Assembly (NCBI GenBank): GCA_031402655.1
Contig: JANNSO010000054.1
Coordinates: forward strand, 19,058 to 83,057
DNA length: 64,000 bases
Direction of reading: 5' to 3'
DNA from: Spirochaetota bacterium
GTDB lineage: Bacteria > Spirochaetota > Spirochaetia > Treponematales > UBA12059
Under the pieces are notes generated by a model, which saw nothing but the letters and a program-made list of their open reading frames with translations, had not been told where the DNA came from and ran no database searches. Of the stretch, positions 18,834-28,177 are shown piece by piece. Numbering within the stretch: the stretch's first letter is position 1; each line of letters opens with the position of its first letter. Made by a program: the position numbers and the translations under genes.

Positions 18834-19883
18834 TCAGTTAGCGAGGCTCACCCTGTTTCGGCCCTCTTGTTTGGATCGGTACATGGCCTTGTCTGCCCGG
18901 TCAATTATCGATTTACCTGATAGATCGCGAAAATCGTCGAATTCTGCGACGCCAAGAGAGATTGTTACGGACAGTTTAAGCCCTTCATACTCGGTAACGC
19001 TCTTCGCAACGCTCTCGCGTATCCGCTCGGCGATGATATTTGCGTGCGCCAGGTCCGTATTTGGCAAAAGGATGCAGAATTCCTCGCCGCCATAGCGCGC
19101 CGCAATGTCGCCTGGCCTGGTACTTTGCTGCGTTAGACTGGCCACATGCTTAAGAACGGCATCTCCGCAAAGATGTCCGTAGGTGTCGTTGAATTTCTTG
19201 AAGTGATCAATGTCGGTCATGATAACGCAGAGTGGCTTGCCGCCGATGGAGCTCTGTTCCATCTTTTCTATCAGCACCGTATAAAAATAGTGCTTCATGC
19301 GCAACTTGGTCATCATATCGGTCGTAGTCATTTCGAACAGGAAGGTGTTGTTAATCGCTATTGCCGCAAGCGAAGCGATATTCAGCACGTATTCTTTTTC
19401 ATAGTCGCTAAACTCGGTTCCCATGATCTGGTCGCCTAAAATGATCAAGCCATTGATTACACCTTTGGTCTTGAGGGGAACCACAAGTGTGGGACCAAGC
19501 AATTCCAGGCGCTCGAGTCCACCAAGCGAGCCAAGCCTGGTACGAATCTCGTCAAGCGTGTAGCAGCGGTACTCGCGGGAAAACAGCTTCATCGCGGAAA
19601 TGTCCTCGGCGAGCGTGTAATCGGCATTATGATCGACCTCGAAACCCTTATAGTTTCGGTGTAGGCTGAAATGCGTTGAATCGATTCCCTTTTTTGCGTA
19701 GAGAGCCGCTTTGAGAACCTTCATTTGACCCATGATGGTATAGAGGATGGAATCAATCAAGATTATATAATCGAGCGTTGAGTTGAGACTTTTTGATATT
19801 TCGAGAAGCTGCTTCAGGTCGAATATTTGTTTTTCGTATTCTTCCCGACTCTCTTCGCTAAAATCGCTTTTAGATTCTGCCAT
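18834..19883 (-). CDS. GAF-GGDEF diguanylate cyclase
   Basis: GGDEF domain with DHFKKFNDTYGHLCGD and active-site RYGGEEF. Start set at ATG 19883; the longer track ORF would overlap purQ. Confidence 0.85.
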   Translation of the reverse strand: MAESKSDFSEESREEYEKQIFDLKQLLEISKSLNSTLDYIILIDSILYTIMGQMKVLKAALYAKKGIDSTHFSLHRNYKGFEVDHNADYTLAEDISAMKLFSREYRCYTLDEIRTRLGSLGGLERLELLGPTLVVPLKTKGVINGLIILGDQIMGTEFSDYEKEYVLNIASLAAIAINNTFLFEMTTTDMMTKLRMKHYFYTVLIEKMEQSSIGGKPLCVIMTDIDHFKKFNDTYGHLCGDAVLKHVASLTQQSTRPGDIAARYGGEEFCILLPNTDLAHANIIAERIRESVAKSVTEYEGLKLSVTISLGVAEFDDFRDLSGKSIIDRADKAMYRSKQEGRNRVSLAN

Positions 19884-19977
19884 ACGCCTTAGTATTACAC
19901 TCTCCGTTGGCAAAGTATAGTATCTAAACAGGGAATAATCCAGACGAATTGGAGATTTATGTGTTTTTATTACTCGC

Positions 19978-20724
19978 TTACCCGTTCTTTGTCTTCCATG
20001 CAACCGCTTTCTGGAAAATTTCAAGGCCTAGTCCACCATCAAACCCTCTCCGCCGATAGGGATGGGTGTCTGCATTTATAAAAGCCTCTGGATGCGGCAT
20101 CATGCCTAAAACCCGACCGCTTTTGTCGCAGATACCGGCGATATCATGTACAGCTCCATTAGGGTTTAACCCGTCATATCGCAAAGCAACATGATGCCCG
20201 CTTTCCAGGCGCTCCAATACGGCCTGGTCCCGGGCCACGAAGCGTCCTTCGCCATGCCGGATTGGAAGCATGCGCGGCCCTAAGCCCGAAGTCCAGACAC
20301 AGGGACCTATCTCGAATCGGACCGGAACCCAGTTGTCTTCGTAGCGGCCGTGATTGTTATGCACCAGAGAAACAACTGGTTCGCCCTTATTGTCAAAGTT
20401 CGGTAAAAGCCCTGTTTTTACCAGGGTCTGGAAGCCGTTGCATATGCCTATGACCAACCCCCCGTCGGCTACGAAACATTTGAGCTCTGTCCCCATTCGG
20501 GAGCGAAACAAGTTTGCCGCTACAAGCCCTGACCCTAAATGATCGCCGAAGGAGAATCCACCGGGAAAACCGAGATACTGATAGGCAGCCAAAACGGATG
20601 GGTCGGCAATAAGGTCTGCAGCATGCATACGCGTAGCATCCGCTCCCGCCATGGTAAATGCAGCAGCCAATTCTTCATCGGCATTAACTCCATATCCAGT
20701 AACAATTAACGCTCGAGTTTTCAT
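19978..20724 (-). CDS. purQ: phosphoribosylformylglycinamidine synthase, glutaminase subunit
   Basis: Class I amidotransferase with GICNGFQ nucleophile elbow and MPHPE. Immediately downstream of purL. Start at ATG 20724. Confidence 0.9.
   Translation of the reverse strand: MKTRALIVTGYGVNADEELAAAFTMAGADATRMHAADLIADPSVLAAYQYLGFPGGFSFGDHLGSGLVAANLFRSRMGTELKCFVADGGLVIGICNGFQTLVKTGLLPNFDNKGEPVVSLVHNNHGRYEDNWVPVRFEIGPCVWTSGLGPRMLPIRHGEGRFVARDQAVLERLESGHHVALRYDGLNPNGAVHDIAGICDKSGRVLGMMPHPEAFINADTHPYRRRGFDGGLGLEIFQKAVAWKTKNG
20482..20494 (+). repeat. one-mismatch variant GAGCTCTGTCCCC inside purQ
   Basis: Same variant as at 33861 and 46290. On the coding (-) strand it encodes MGTEL. Confidence 0.8.
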
Positions 20725-20734
20725 GCAAAATTCC

Positions 20735-23700
20735 TCATACGATTGGCGTTTTGAAAGCATTTTCGATGGATTCAAGGCTCACCCTAATGGCTTCTTTATC
20801 CTCGATCTTAATGGAAAGCAGCTCCTGTTTGGTGGTTTCACCTATGTAACGATGGGGAGAGCCGCGCAGAGTAGCTTCAAAGCGCTCGCGATCCTGCCTC
20901 CTTATGGAAACCACGAAGCGGCCACCTGATTCGCAGAACAATGCCCTTGCAGCATATTCGGCGTATGCATGCTCTTTAGGGCCGGACCGCGGCAAAGCGT
21001 TCAGCGTGACAGTTGCGCCCAGGCGGCCTCCCAGGCACGATTCGGCCAATGCAACGGCAATACCGCCATCTGAGCAGTCGTGGCAGGAACGCACGATCCG
21101 GCCAGAAATAGCGTGCGCAAGCGCTTCATACAACTTTTTCGCGCGTTCAAGGTCAACATCCGGCGCCGGTCCATAAAGAGGCGCCGATACAATGGGGACA
21201 GGGCTCGAATTTAGGTTCGAATTTGGGCTCGAATTTAGGTTCGAATTTGGGCCGGGAAAACTTGAAGCGATGCGCTCGAACATGGTACAGCCGAGCTCTC
21301 CGTTTGTGTCCCCGAGAACATAGATTAGGTTACCCGGTTCCAGGAAGTCGGTGGATATGGACTTGCGCACGTCCGTTACCGAGCCCATGAGGGTGACAAG
21401 CAAAGTCGGCCTGACGGAGATCTTCCTGCCGCCCGCGTAGGCATCGTTTTTCATGGAATCCTTGCCTGATACAAGCGGCAGACCGTAACACAGGCAGGCT
21501 TGGCGAAGCCCTTTGCACGCGCGCACGAGTTGTGCCGCCTTGAAGGCGCCATCGGGGGTGCTCGCCGATTCCACGGGGTCGGGCCAGCAAAAATTGTCCA
21601 GCGCGGCGGCCTTGCCCGGGTCTCCTCCAAGGGCTATGTGCGCGCGGTAGGCTTCGTCTACAGCCATGCGAGCCATGACCGCCGTATCGTAATCGGAGTA
21701 ACGGGGACAGATCCCGTGAGTAACGCTGACGCCGCGCTGCGTGGTATAGTCGATGCGCATCACGCCGCCATCGCTGGGCGCGTCGCGCTTTATGCCGGTA
21801 AAGGGCTTCTCCACGGAACGCCCCTGTACCTCATGGTCGTACTGGCGCACGAGGAATTCCTTGCTGGCTACGTTTGGGTCCGCCAGTATGCGAAGCAGGG
21901 TTTCGGTCCAGTCGCTCTTTATCGCGATTGGGTCGTGGCGTCTGGCGACAGGGCTCCATAGCGCCGGAATCTCCATGGCCGGCAGTCCCCGATGGAGGAA
22001 CTCGAGCGACAAGAGCCCCGCGGGCTGCCCGTTGGCAGTTATTTCTATATAACCGGAATCGGTAAACTCTCCCACAACCGTAGCCTCGACGTCGCGGCGC
22101 AGCGCCAGCTCGGCGAGCTGCGCGATTTTCTCCCCGGCTACCGACAGGCTCATCCTCTCCTGGCTTTCGGATACCAGGATTTCCCAGGGAGAGAGGCCGG
22201 GATATTTGAGAGGACATTTGGAAAGATCAATACTAATACCGCCCGAAGACTCCGCCATCTCGCCCAAACTGGATGAAAGCCCGCCGGCGCCGTTGTCTGT
22301 AATTGCCTCGTACAAGCCAAGGTCGCGCGCCTCCAGGAGAAAATCGGTCATGCGCCGCTGGATTATGGGGTCGCCTATCTGCACGGCGGAAACGGGGCTC
22401 AGCTCGTCGAGAGCCAAGCTGGAGAACGTGGCACCGTGAATGCCGTCCTTGCCCACGCGGCCGCCCAGCATCACCGCCAGAGCTCCGGGCCGCACCGTTT
22501 TTTCCCATGATGGCAGCCCGTTTACGGTCTCGGGCATGATGCCCCCGGTACCGCAAAAGACAAGGGGCTTACCCATGAAACTTTCATCAAATAGAAAAGC
22601 CCCGGCGACGGTCGGGATTCCTGACTGGTTGCCTCCGTCCACGATTCCTTTGTGCACGCCTTCGAGAACCTCGCGCGGGTGCATGAGCCCCAGGGGAATA
22701 TCGGCATCGGGTGTGGCGGGATTGGCAAAGCACAGCACGTTGGTATTGAAGAGCGGCTTGGCACCCATCCCCGTACCTAAAATGTCCCGGTTTACGCCGA
22801 CGATGCCGGTAATCGCGCCTCCATAGGGGTCAAGCGCGCTGGGGCTGTTGTGGGTCTCGGCTTTTACGCACAGAACGCTGCCTTCATGAAAAGCCACGAC
22901 CCCGGCATTGTCGGTGAACACCGAGCGCAAAAAAGGCTTCGAAGGCGCAAGATCCTCCGTGGTTTTTTTTATGTATGTTTTGTAAAGCGACTGAATTATT
23001 TCCGTGGGCTTCCCGGTTTCCTGGTATTTAATGGTGGCATTGAAAATTTTATGCTTGCAATGTTCGCTCCAGGTTTGGGCCAGCATTTCGATCTCGACAT
23101 CGGTAGAATCGACGGGCAAACCGCGTTTCGTCCGTTCCTCGCGAACCGCGGGATCGGCGAAATAAGAGCGGATGCGTTGCATTTCAGGCAGGGTAAGCGC
23201 AAGGAGGCGCGAGCTTGAAAGCTCTTGCAGCGCTGCATCATCCATCGCGGCAAGCGCTATGATTTCGGGGTCAAGGCGGTCGTGCAATGCGGGAGCGGCA
23301 TATTCAGCCGGGGGGCGGGTTCCGCTTGCCCATTCCGCGGCTCCGATTATTACAGAACTCTGGACCAGGGGGTTGTGCAGAAAGGAAGCGGCTCGAAGAG
23401 CCATGCCTCTGTCCAAAATTCCAAAAAGCAGATATTGCCTTGCCGTTGATACCGGCGGCGCATCTTTTCCCGTCTCCAATTTGAGGGCTTCATGCGCCGT
23501 AATGGCAAGCGTGTCGGTGACGCCGGGTTTCCATGCCACTTCCACCAGCCACGACCAGCCGCTCAATTCGGGATCGGCAGCGAGAAATCCGTCGAAACGC
23601 AGGGTTTGCACGACAGGATCCGAAAAAACAAGGCGCGCCAGGTCCTGGGACACAAGCGCGCCTGGCAGTATGACGTCCACTACCGCGACCGCGACTTCCG

Positions 23701-23785
23701 TGCCCAGCCGGCGCGACAACTTCGCGGCAATGCCGCGCTCGCGGCCGTCAAGGCCGCGATCGATAAATTTAATTTCGATACGCAT
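20735..23785 (-). CDS. purL: phosphoribosylformylglycinamidine synthase subunit PurL with ~200-aa N-terminal (PurS-like?) extension
   Basis: 1016 aa. SEHCKHKIFNA, AETHNSPSALDPYGGA and HDCSDGG blocks of PurL. Longer than stand-alone PurL and carries an in-frame repeat insertion (see 21194..21251). Confidence 0.9.
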   Translation of the reverse strand: MRIEIKFIDRGLDGRERGIAAKLSRRLGTEVAVAVVDVILPGALVSQDLARLVFSDPVVQTLRFDGFLAADPELSGWSWLVEVAWKPGVTDTLAITAHEALKLETGKDAPPVSTARQYLLFGILDRGMALRAASFLHNPLVQSSVIIGAAEWASGTRPPAEYAAPALHDRLDPEIIALAAMDDAALQELSSSRLLALTLPEMQRIRSYFADPAVREERTKRGLPVDSTDVEIEMLAQTWSEHCKHKIFNATIKYQETGKPTEIIQSLYKTYIKKTTEDLAPSKPFLRSVFTDNAGVVAFHEGSVLCVKAETHNSPSALDPYGGAITGIVGVNRDILGTGMGAKPLFNTNVLCFANPATPDADIPLGLMHPREVLEGVHKGIVDGGNQSGIPTVAGAFLFDESFMGKPLVFCGTGGIMPETVNGLPSWEKTVRPGALAVMLGGRVGKDGIHGATFSSLALDELSPVSAVQIGDPIIQRRMTDFLLEARDLGLYEAITDNGAGGLSSSLGEMAESSGGISIDLSKCPLKYPGLSPWEILVSESQERMSLSVAGEKIAQLAELALRRDVEATVVGEFTDSGYIEITANGQPAGLLSLEFLHRGLPAMEIPALWSPVARRHDPIAIKSDWTETLLRILADPNVASKEFLVRQYDHEVQGRSVEKPFTGIKRDAPSDGGVMRIDYTTQRGVSVTHGICPRYSDYDTAVMARMAVDEAYRAHIALGGDPGKAAALDNFCWPDPVESASTPDGAFKAAQLVRACKGLRQACLCYGLPLVSGKDSMKNDAYAGGRKISVRPTLLVTLMGSVTDVRKSISTDFLEPGNLIYVLGDTNGELGCTMFERIASSFPGPNSNLNSSPNSNLNSSPVPIVSAPLYGPAPDVDLERAKKLYEALAHAISGRIVRSCHDCSDGGIAVALAESCLGGRLGATVTLNALPRSGPKEHAYAEYAARALFCESGGRFVVSIRRQDRERFEATLRGSPHRYIGETTKQELLSIKIEDKEAIRVSLESIENAFKTPIV
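21194..21206 (-). repeat. intragenic exact copy of GAGCCCTGTCCCC in purL
   Basis: The + strand shows GGGGACAGGGCTC. On the coding strand it reads ..TCG AGC CCT GTC CCC.. = SSPVP. Confidence 0.9.
21204..21251. repeat. in-frame tandem repeat, 12 nt x4 (24 nt x2), inside purL
   Basis: ctcgaatttagg / ttcgaatttggg / ctcgaatttagg / ttcgaatttggg. Encodes PNSNLNSSPNSNLNSS and abuts the 13-nt word. Confidence 0.9.
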
Positions 23786-23818
23786 TGGAACAAACCCTAG
23801 CCGATTCAGGTTAAAACA

Positions 23819-25621
23819 TCAATACTCGAGCTGTATATCCTCGCTGGCGGACTTGTGCTTCATCTTTACGTACAGCACCGCGGACTCCCGCCTGTAGAAA
23901 TATCCGGACGCATTGTAGATCTCGAACTCGGAATCCATATTATAGCTTATATTATATAACTTAATGTTGACGTAGGGCTTGATTCCGTACAGCGTCAGGT
24001 AATGCGAGATTCCAACGGGAAAGTCCGCCGTAAAGACGGCGGTCTTGGCTCCCTTCGCAAGGCGAAGCAAAGATGAACCGGTCCACGCCCAAACACCCGG
24101 CCCCAATTCCTTGTAAAAACTGACGGCATGGGGGTAAAAAGGAGAAATCGCGATATACGGGTATGCCGTCTCGGCCATGATTTTTTCCGCCGAAGGCTCT
24201 ATGGTACCGGATTTTATAGTAATATACTCTGGAAGCGACCCATTACCGTCGCCGAGCTTGAGTATGCTGGACAGCAGACTCTGGCCTATTCCCGCGTAGA
24301 TGGCTTTACCCGTAGCCTCAGCCATCTTTACGAGCAGTACGCCGGCGCGCAGGCCGGCAAGAGTGTCGGATCGGCCCTCGGAGCCCGTTTGAAGGAAGAA
24401 CCCCGAATCGGTCTTTCGGATCGCCGATGCGATATTCTTATCCACTAGGTCGGCGGCGCGGGCGAAGGGATTTTCAGTTTCGCCAAGATATCCGCGGGCG
24501 GCGAGGTAGTTTTCCACGATCTGCAGCGATTGAAGGAGGTCCGACTGGGCAAACTCCATGGCTCGGGCCACCGACATAGCCTCCTGCGCCAAAGCATAGG
24601 GCGATCGGTCAAACAGGAATTCCACGATACCGGGCTTATAAAATATTTCTATCGATTTTGCCTGCACCATTTTTTCCAGAGTTTTTACCTCCGCCAAATC
24701 GCTTTCCTCGCGCGAACTCATCTTGCTCGCGGTATGCCCCGCGAAAACCGTGGCCTTCCAACTATAAGACTCCGGATAATTAGCCCTGACATAGGAGCAT
24801 GCCTTTGCGGCGGCATCATAGCTTCCCCTGTGCAAAGCCTCGGCAACATATGCCATAAAAGCGGTTTCCGAAAATCCGGGGGTGCCTGATTCGTTTCTCC
24901 AGCGGATACTTTCGGGACTGAAGCGGCTGGACGAAAGCCCGTTCCAAGCCTTGTCCTGCCAGGCAGCGATTTCTTTGCCCCATAGCACCGGATCCAGGGG
25001 AGTCTGGGCAAGATACTGTACCGAAGATTCCGGCATATTCGCGTCCACCTGGCTAAGCACCAAAGGCCGCACCAGACCCCGCAGTATCACCAGCGATAAA
25101 AAGCCTTTTTCCTGGCCCACCGATGCATTTTCCAGCTTCCAGAGCTTGCTGCTCTGCTTAAGCCTCAGGGTGCTGGATTCGTCGACCGACGAAATTCTGG
25201 TACGCCCGGTCAGCTTGTAGGCAATAAAACATTTTGCAGCGGCTTCTTTTAAGGCAACGCCGACTACGACGGATCCGCTCGCGTCTTCCTTGACTGTAAC
25301 TTGTTCTTTGTTGCTGAAATAAACAATAACACCAGTATCGGTTTCCGAGTAGCGCAGGGGAAAAGCCTTTACTTCCTCGCCGGTACCGGTGCGATATCGC
25401 AGCGGGTTCGTGGAGGAAAACAGGAGCCTGATCGAGGCATGGCCGATTTCAAGCGACTCCAAACCCGCCGCTTTGCCGGCGCCTCTTGCCTTGATCAAAA
25501 ATTGCCCTTTTGAGGAGACGAGTGCGCCATCCGTCGGAAATTGCGTAACGACAAGCAGGACGAATACCCCAAGGTATAAAAATAAAATTGAAATGAATCT
25601 TCCAAAACCGGACATTTTCAT
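23819..25621 (-). CDS. hypothetical membrane-anchored protein
   Basis: 600-aa ORF with a single N-terminal TM (FISILFLYLGVFVLLVV). No recognisable domain by eye. Confidence 0.6.
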   Translation of the reverse strand: MKMSGFGRFISILFLYLGVFVLLVVTQFPTDGALVSSKGQFLIKARGAGKAAGLESLEIGHASIRLLFSSTNPLRYRTGTGEEVKAFPLRYSETDTGVIVYFSNKEQVTVKEDASGSVVVGVALKEAAAKCFIAYKLTGRTRISSVDESSTLRLKQSSKLWKLENASVGQEKGFLSLVILRGLVRPLVLSQVDANMPESSVQYLAQTPLDPVLWGKEIAAWQDKAWNGLSSSRFSPESIRWRNESGTPGFSETAFMAYVAEALHRGSYDAAAKACSYVRANYPESYSWKATVFAGHTASKMSSREESDLAEVKTLEKMVQAKSIEIFYKPGIVEFLFDRSPYALAQEAMSVARAMEFAQSDLLQSLQIVENYLAARGYLGETENPFARAADLVDKNIASAIRKTDSGFFLQTGSEGRSDTLAGLRAGVLLVKMAEATGKAIYAGIGQSLLSSILKLGDGNGSLPEYITIKSGTIEPSAEKIMAETAYPYIAISPFYPHAVSFYKELGPGVWAWTGSSLLRLAKGAKTAVFTADFPVGISHYLTLYGIKPYVNIKLYNISYNMDSEFEIYNASGYFYRRESAVLYVKMKHKSASEDIQLEY

Positions 25622-25767
25622 GGAAAGGACTATACTGATTTTCCGTAAAAGCTACAAGTGCACACGATTATGGATGCAGGGGATTATGGAGTTGTGCAAC
25701 GGCAATTTTCAAGCTATTATTTACCCGCCGTTCTCCTTGGCGAGAACTTTAAAATACGGGAGAAACA

Positions 25768-27195
25768 ATGAGCTATCGCCTGCAATCAATACGATTTCTT
25801 TTTATTGCCTCGATTTTTTGTTCACTTGCCTTTACTGCTTGCGTAAGCGCGCCAAAGCCCGCTGCCAAGCCCGATTCCAGCCATCAAAAAGCTCTGACCG
25901 AACAGGAAAAGGACATGATGGAAGTCGAGGTAATCTATCGGCTTGCCAAAAAAGGAGAGCTGAAAGAGGCTGTCGACCGAATAAGCTTGCTCTCGGGCAA
26001 GAAACCGGAAAATGAGGAATACAGGCTGCTGCATGCTTCGCTGCTCATTTCCATGCAGGAGTACGAGAAGGCAAGGCTCATACTCAATGCCTTGCTGTCG
26101 GTAAAACCCGACAATGTCGAAGCCTTGTTCCTTTCGGCGGAAATAGACAGGTTCAGCGGAAACAGTAAAAACCTGGCCGCAACCCTCGAAAAAATCCTGC
26201 TCGCGAACCCCGGCAACCTGGGGGCTCTCGCCTCACTCGGGGATCTGCATTATGACGGCAAAAATTATGTAAAGGCTGAAGCGTACTTTGCGAAGGCGCT
26301 GGCGATAGAACCCAACGATGTCGCTTCCCTTACCGGCCTCGCGCGAGTCCAATATCGGCGGGAAGACTTTAAAAGCGCCAAGGCCAACCTGGACAAAGCC
26401 GTAGCCGCCGCCCCGGACGAACCACTTGTCTACCTTGACCGCAGCCGCGTGAATTACCAATTGGGAAAGTATGCGGAATGCGAAACCGACCTCAACAAAA
26501 GCATCGAGCTGGAACCATATTCATCCTGGAATTTTTTGGAGCGCGGCAGGCTTTACATGGATACGGGCCGGAGCGAAATGGCTCTGGCGGACTTCAACAA
26601 GTCCATCGAGCTGGACCCGGGCTACTTCCTGTGCTATGTCTACCGGGCTGCGATCTTTGAAGAGTCCGGGCGCGACGCCGAAGCCTTTGACGATTATAAA
26701 AAAGTAACACAGCTCAACGGCGACTACTGGTACGCGTACGAAGCCATCGGAGTCCTGGCTTTTCGCAGGCAATTATGGACGGAAGCCTTCGCCGCCTTTG
26801 ACAAGGCAGCCGGATTTACGGAAAACCACGGCGAGTACTACATAGCCGCGGGATTGGCCCTTATGCTCAACAAGGAAGCCAAGGCCGCAAAAGACTATTC
26901 GGCCAAAACGCTCCCCAGGATAAACCGCGAAAAAGAACCTGCGCAATGGCTTATGCTGCGTCTTATATACGACCAAAACGAAACGACTCCGGAACTCGAG
27001 CTTAAGATAAGCTCGGAAAAAAGCATGGACACCAAAGCCGCCCTGCTTTTCTACCTGGGCGAATACTGGATAGCGAAAGGCAGACCCGAATTAGGCGGCA
27101 AATATCTGCTCTTATCCATTGGCGAGGACAGACAGGGAACCAACGAATGGCGCATGGCCGAAGCCGAGCTTAAACGGCTCGGAATAGAGCCGTGA
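25768..27195 (+). CDS. TPR-repeat lipoprotein
   Basis: Lipobox SLAFTAC. Multiple TPR-like 34-aa repeats (..AEAYFAKALAIEPND.., ..ALADFNKSIELDPG..). Confidence 0.8.
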   Translation: MSYRLQSIRFLFIASIFCSLAFTACVSAPKPAAKPDSSHQKALTEQEKDMMEVEVIYRLAKKGELKEAVDRISLLSGKKPENEEYRLLHASLLISMQEYEKARLILNALLSVKPDNVEALFLSAEIDRFSGNSKNLAATLEKILLANPGNLGALASLGDLHYDGKNYVKAEAYFAKALAIEPNDVASLTGLARVQYRREDFKSAKANLDKAVAAAPDEPLVYLDRSRVNYQLGKYAECETDLNKSIELEPYSSWNFLERGRLYMDTGRSEMALADFNKSIELDPGYFLCYVYRAAIFEESGRDAEAFDDYKKVTQLNGDYWYAYEAIGVLAFRRQLWTEAFAAFDKAAGFTENHGEYYIAAGLALMLNKEAKAAKDYSAKTLPRINREKEPAQWLMLRLIYDQNETTPELELKISSEKSMDTKAALLFYLGEYWIAKGRPELGGKYLLLSIGEDRQGTNEWRMAEAELKRLGIEP

Positions 27196-28136
27196 GCCAA
27201 AACGAGTTTGCACGACTGCTTTCGATAACGGGCAGGTACCCCGCTATCGCCGTACAGGCTCACGATTTTCCCGACCCGGACGCCGCAGCAGCCGCGTTCG
27301 GCCTAGCGGAGCTTCTTCGACAGCACGGTAGAAGCGCTCGCGCTACCTGGCACGGCATGGCACGCAGCCGAAGCCTAGCCAACCTTGCGCTTGAAACAAG
27401 CATCAAACTGTATCCCGAGCCGCCAAAAGCCCCCGAAGCGCTGATTTTTGTCGACTGTGCTCCCGAAAACGGCAACGTAAGCATGGGAGACGCTTCGATC
27501 ATAGCTGTTATAGACCATCATGTACCCGCACACGAAGTAATTGCTCCATTTGTAGACATACGCATGGAGGCAGGATCCTCCTGCTCCATAATCGCCCAAT
27601 ATTGGAAACAGTCAGCCCTGTCCCCACCGAAGGGATTTGCCACGGCCATGCTGGCCGGCTTGCAATCCGATACCGACTTCCTGTCACTCGGTGTAGGCTC
27701 GCTGGAAGTCGAGGCATTTGCCTTTCTTGCCCCTTTGGCCGACATTAGCGCAGCCACGCGCATGCTTAAAACCAATATGGAACACAGCGAACTGGTGGCC
27801 ATTACCCGGGCTTTGGCGGTCGCCGACGTGTATGGCGACAGGATATTGGCCCAGGTAGACATGAATTGCAGCCAGGAAGCGCTTTCCATAGCCGCGGATC
27901 TGGCCCTACGTGCCCGCGAGGTTAAAATCTCGGTAGTCTACTGCGAGGACGGCGAGCACTACAGGCTATCGGTACGCTCCCGGGACCCGGATATGCCGGC
28001 GTTTATTCTGATACGGGAGTTGACGAGAGGCATCGGGTCGGGTGGTGGCCACGCACGCAGCGCAGGTGGTATCATCGCCAAGAAGGATTTCCCCGGCGAT
28101 GCAAGCCTGCTTACGCGCCTTTCCGCAATTCGATAA
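27192..28136 (+). CDS. DHH/DHHA1-family phosphoesterase (NrnA-like)
   Basis: DHH motif IAVIDHHVP and DHHA1 motif GGGHARSAGG. GTG start overlaps the TPR gene stop. Confidence 0.8.
   Translation: MSQNEFARLLSITGRYPAIAVQAHDFPDPDAAAAAFGLAELLRQHGRSARATWHGMARSRSLANLALETSIKLYPEPPKAPEALIFVDCAPENGNVSMGDASIIAVIDHHVPAHEVIAPFVDIRMEAGSSCSIIAQYWKQSALSPPKGFATAMLAGLQSDTDFLSLGVGSLEVEAFAFLAPLADISAATRMLKTNMEHSELVAITRALAVADVYGDRILAQVDMNCSQEALSIAADLALRAREVKISVVYCEDGEHYRLSVRSRDPDMPAFILIRELTRGIGSGGGHARSAGGIIAKKDFPGDASLLTRLSAIR
27613..27625 (+). repeat. intragenic copy CAGCCCTGTCCCC
   Basis: Exact 12-mer AGCCCTGTCCCC. Encodes QSALSP of the DHH protein. Confidence 0.9.
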
Positions 28137-28177
28137 TGCTCCATTCCTGAATTTTTACTACAAAAATCGGAGATTAA

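Noticed and set aside
18834-20024. Longer N-terminal extensions offered by the ORF track (18834..20024, 19978..20775, 17751..18797, 9848..10318, 33361..34230, 54953..56116, 57826..59145, 32253..33293).
   Set aside because: The extensions overlap upstream genes or a terminator-like hairpin and lack an RBS. Internal ATGs with GGAGG-like RBSs give N-termini typical of the families (signal peptides, conserved first blocks), so I trimmed the starts.
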